Source: a virus (lineage: Duplodnaviria > Caudoviricetes). From it: DNA of 25,603 bases. Both the position numbers and the translations under genes were made by a program. Shown here piece by piece: positions 25,439 to 25,603 of this stretch. Numbering within the stretch: position 1 is the first letter of the stretch; every line of letters begins with the position of its first letter. Below the pieces are notes generated by a model, which worked only from the letters and a program-made list of their open reading frames with translations, was not told the origin of the DNA and searched no databases. Where the stretch lies: IMG/VR virus record IMGVR_UViG_3300023283_000386, positions 1 through 25,603 of that record; one strand, given 5' to 3'.

Positions 25439-25603
25439 TCAGGACGTCCCATCCCCCACCTCCGCCTGCCTCTGCCTAATCCACCGGCCCAGCCGCTCGA
25501 TCGCTTGGTCGGCCGCCGTGTCGTCCAGATGCGCGACGTCGCGCAGGCCCGGCGTGCACCCTACGCGATGTAGCCAAGACGACAGCGCCGCGCCATCGTT
25601 GAG
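25439..25603 (-). CDS. 3' end of a GemA/gp16-like protein (truncated by the window)
   Basis: Translated by hand: LNDGAALSSWLHRVGCTPGLRDVAHLDDTAADQAIERLGRWIRQRQAEVGDGTS*; resembles the GemA C-terminus; lies upstream of the mor-like gene. Confidence 0.6.
   Translation of the reverse strand, partial: LNDGAALSSWLHRVGCTPGLRDVAHLDDTAADQAIERLGRWIRQRQAEVGDGTS

Larger units (their letters stand above)
1..25603 (-). mobile_element. Late-gene region of a transposable (Mu-like) prophage with siphovirus-type tail; both ends lie outside the window
   Basis: Co-oriented, tightly coupled genes in Mu order (gemA-like, mor/C-like, lysis, gp25-27-like, terminase, portal, MuF, protease-capsid, tail); no sheath gene. 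Confidence 0.92.

Noticed and set aside
138-25479. Long plus-strand and alternative-frame ORFs (e.g. 2795-4987, 4092-6386, 6407-8533, 12519-14456, 17887-19392)
   Set aside because: Antisense shadows of GC-rich minus-strand genes; Arg/Pro/Ser-rich with no recognisable motifs
1-25603. Gene transfer agent or contractile-tail element
   Set aside because: The Mu-type gp25-28, Mor and GemA-like genes indicate a transposable phage; no sheath or baseplate wedge genes are seen

Overview
The window is the late (virion morphogenesis and lysis) half of a GC-rich (roughly 70%+ by eye) transposable, Mu-like prophage with a non-contractile tail. All real genes are on the minus strand. Order from right to left: GemA/gp16-like 3' end, Mor/C-family activator, small exported protein, endolysin, 3TM holin, gp25/gp26/gp27-like genes, terminase large subunit, portal, MuF head protein with an extra C-terminal domain, a lower-GC moron, a regulatory intergenic region, a 75-aa gene, a single XRE-HTH + protease + scaffold + major capsid polyprotein, three head-tail genes, tail tube, -1 frameshifted tail chaperones, a 2054-aa tape measure and three tail-tip genes. 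The host is probably an alphaproteobacterium (inference). Most notable: (1) the MuF C-terminal domain looks like a BECR-fold RNase and is faced by a convergent, separately promoted ~70-nt cloverleaf RNA, a candidate RNA antitoxin or tRNA decoy; (2) an XRE helix-turn-helix is fused to the capsid polyprotein; (3) the tape measure carries two EF-hand loops; (4) a T4-gene-e-like RBS-occluding hairpin precedes the endolysin; (5) REP-like elements and many short tandem duplications are scattered through the prophage. Family calls come from motif recognition and gene order only; no searches were run.
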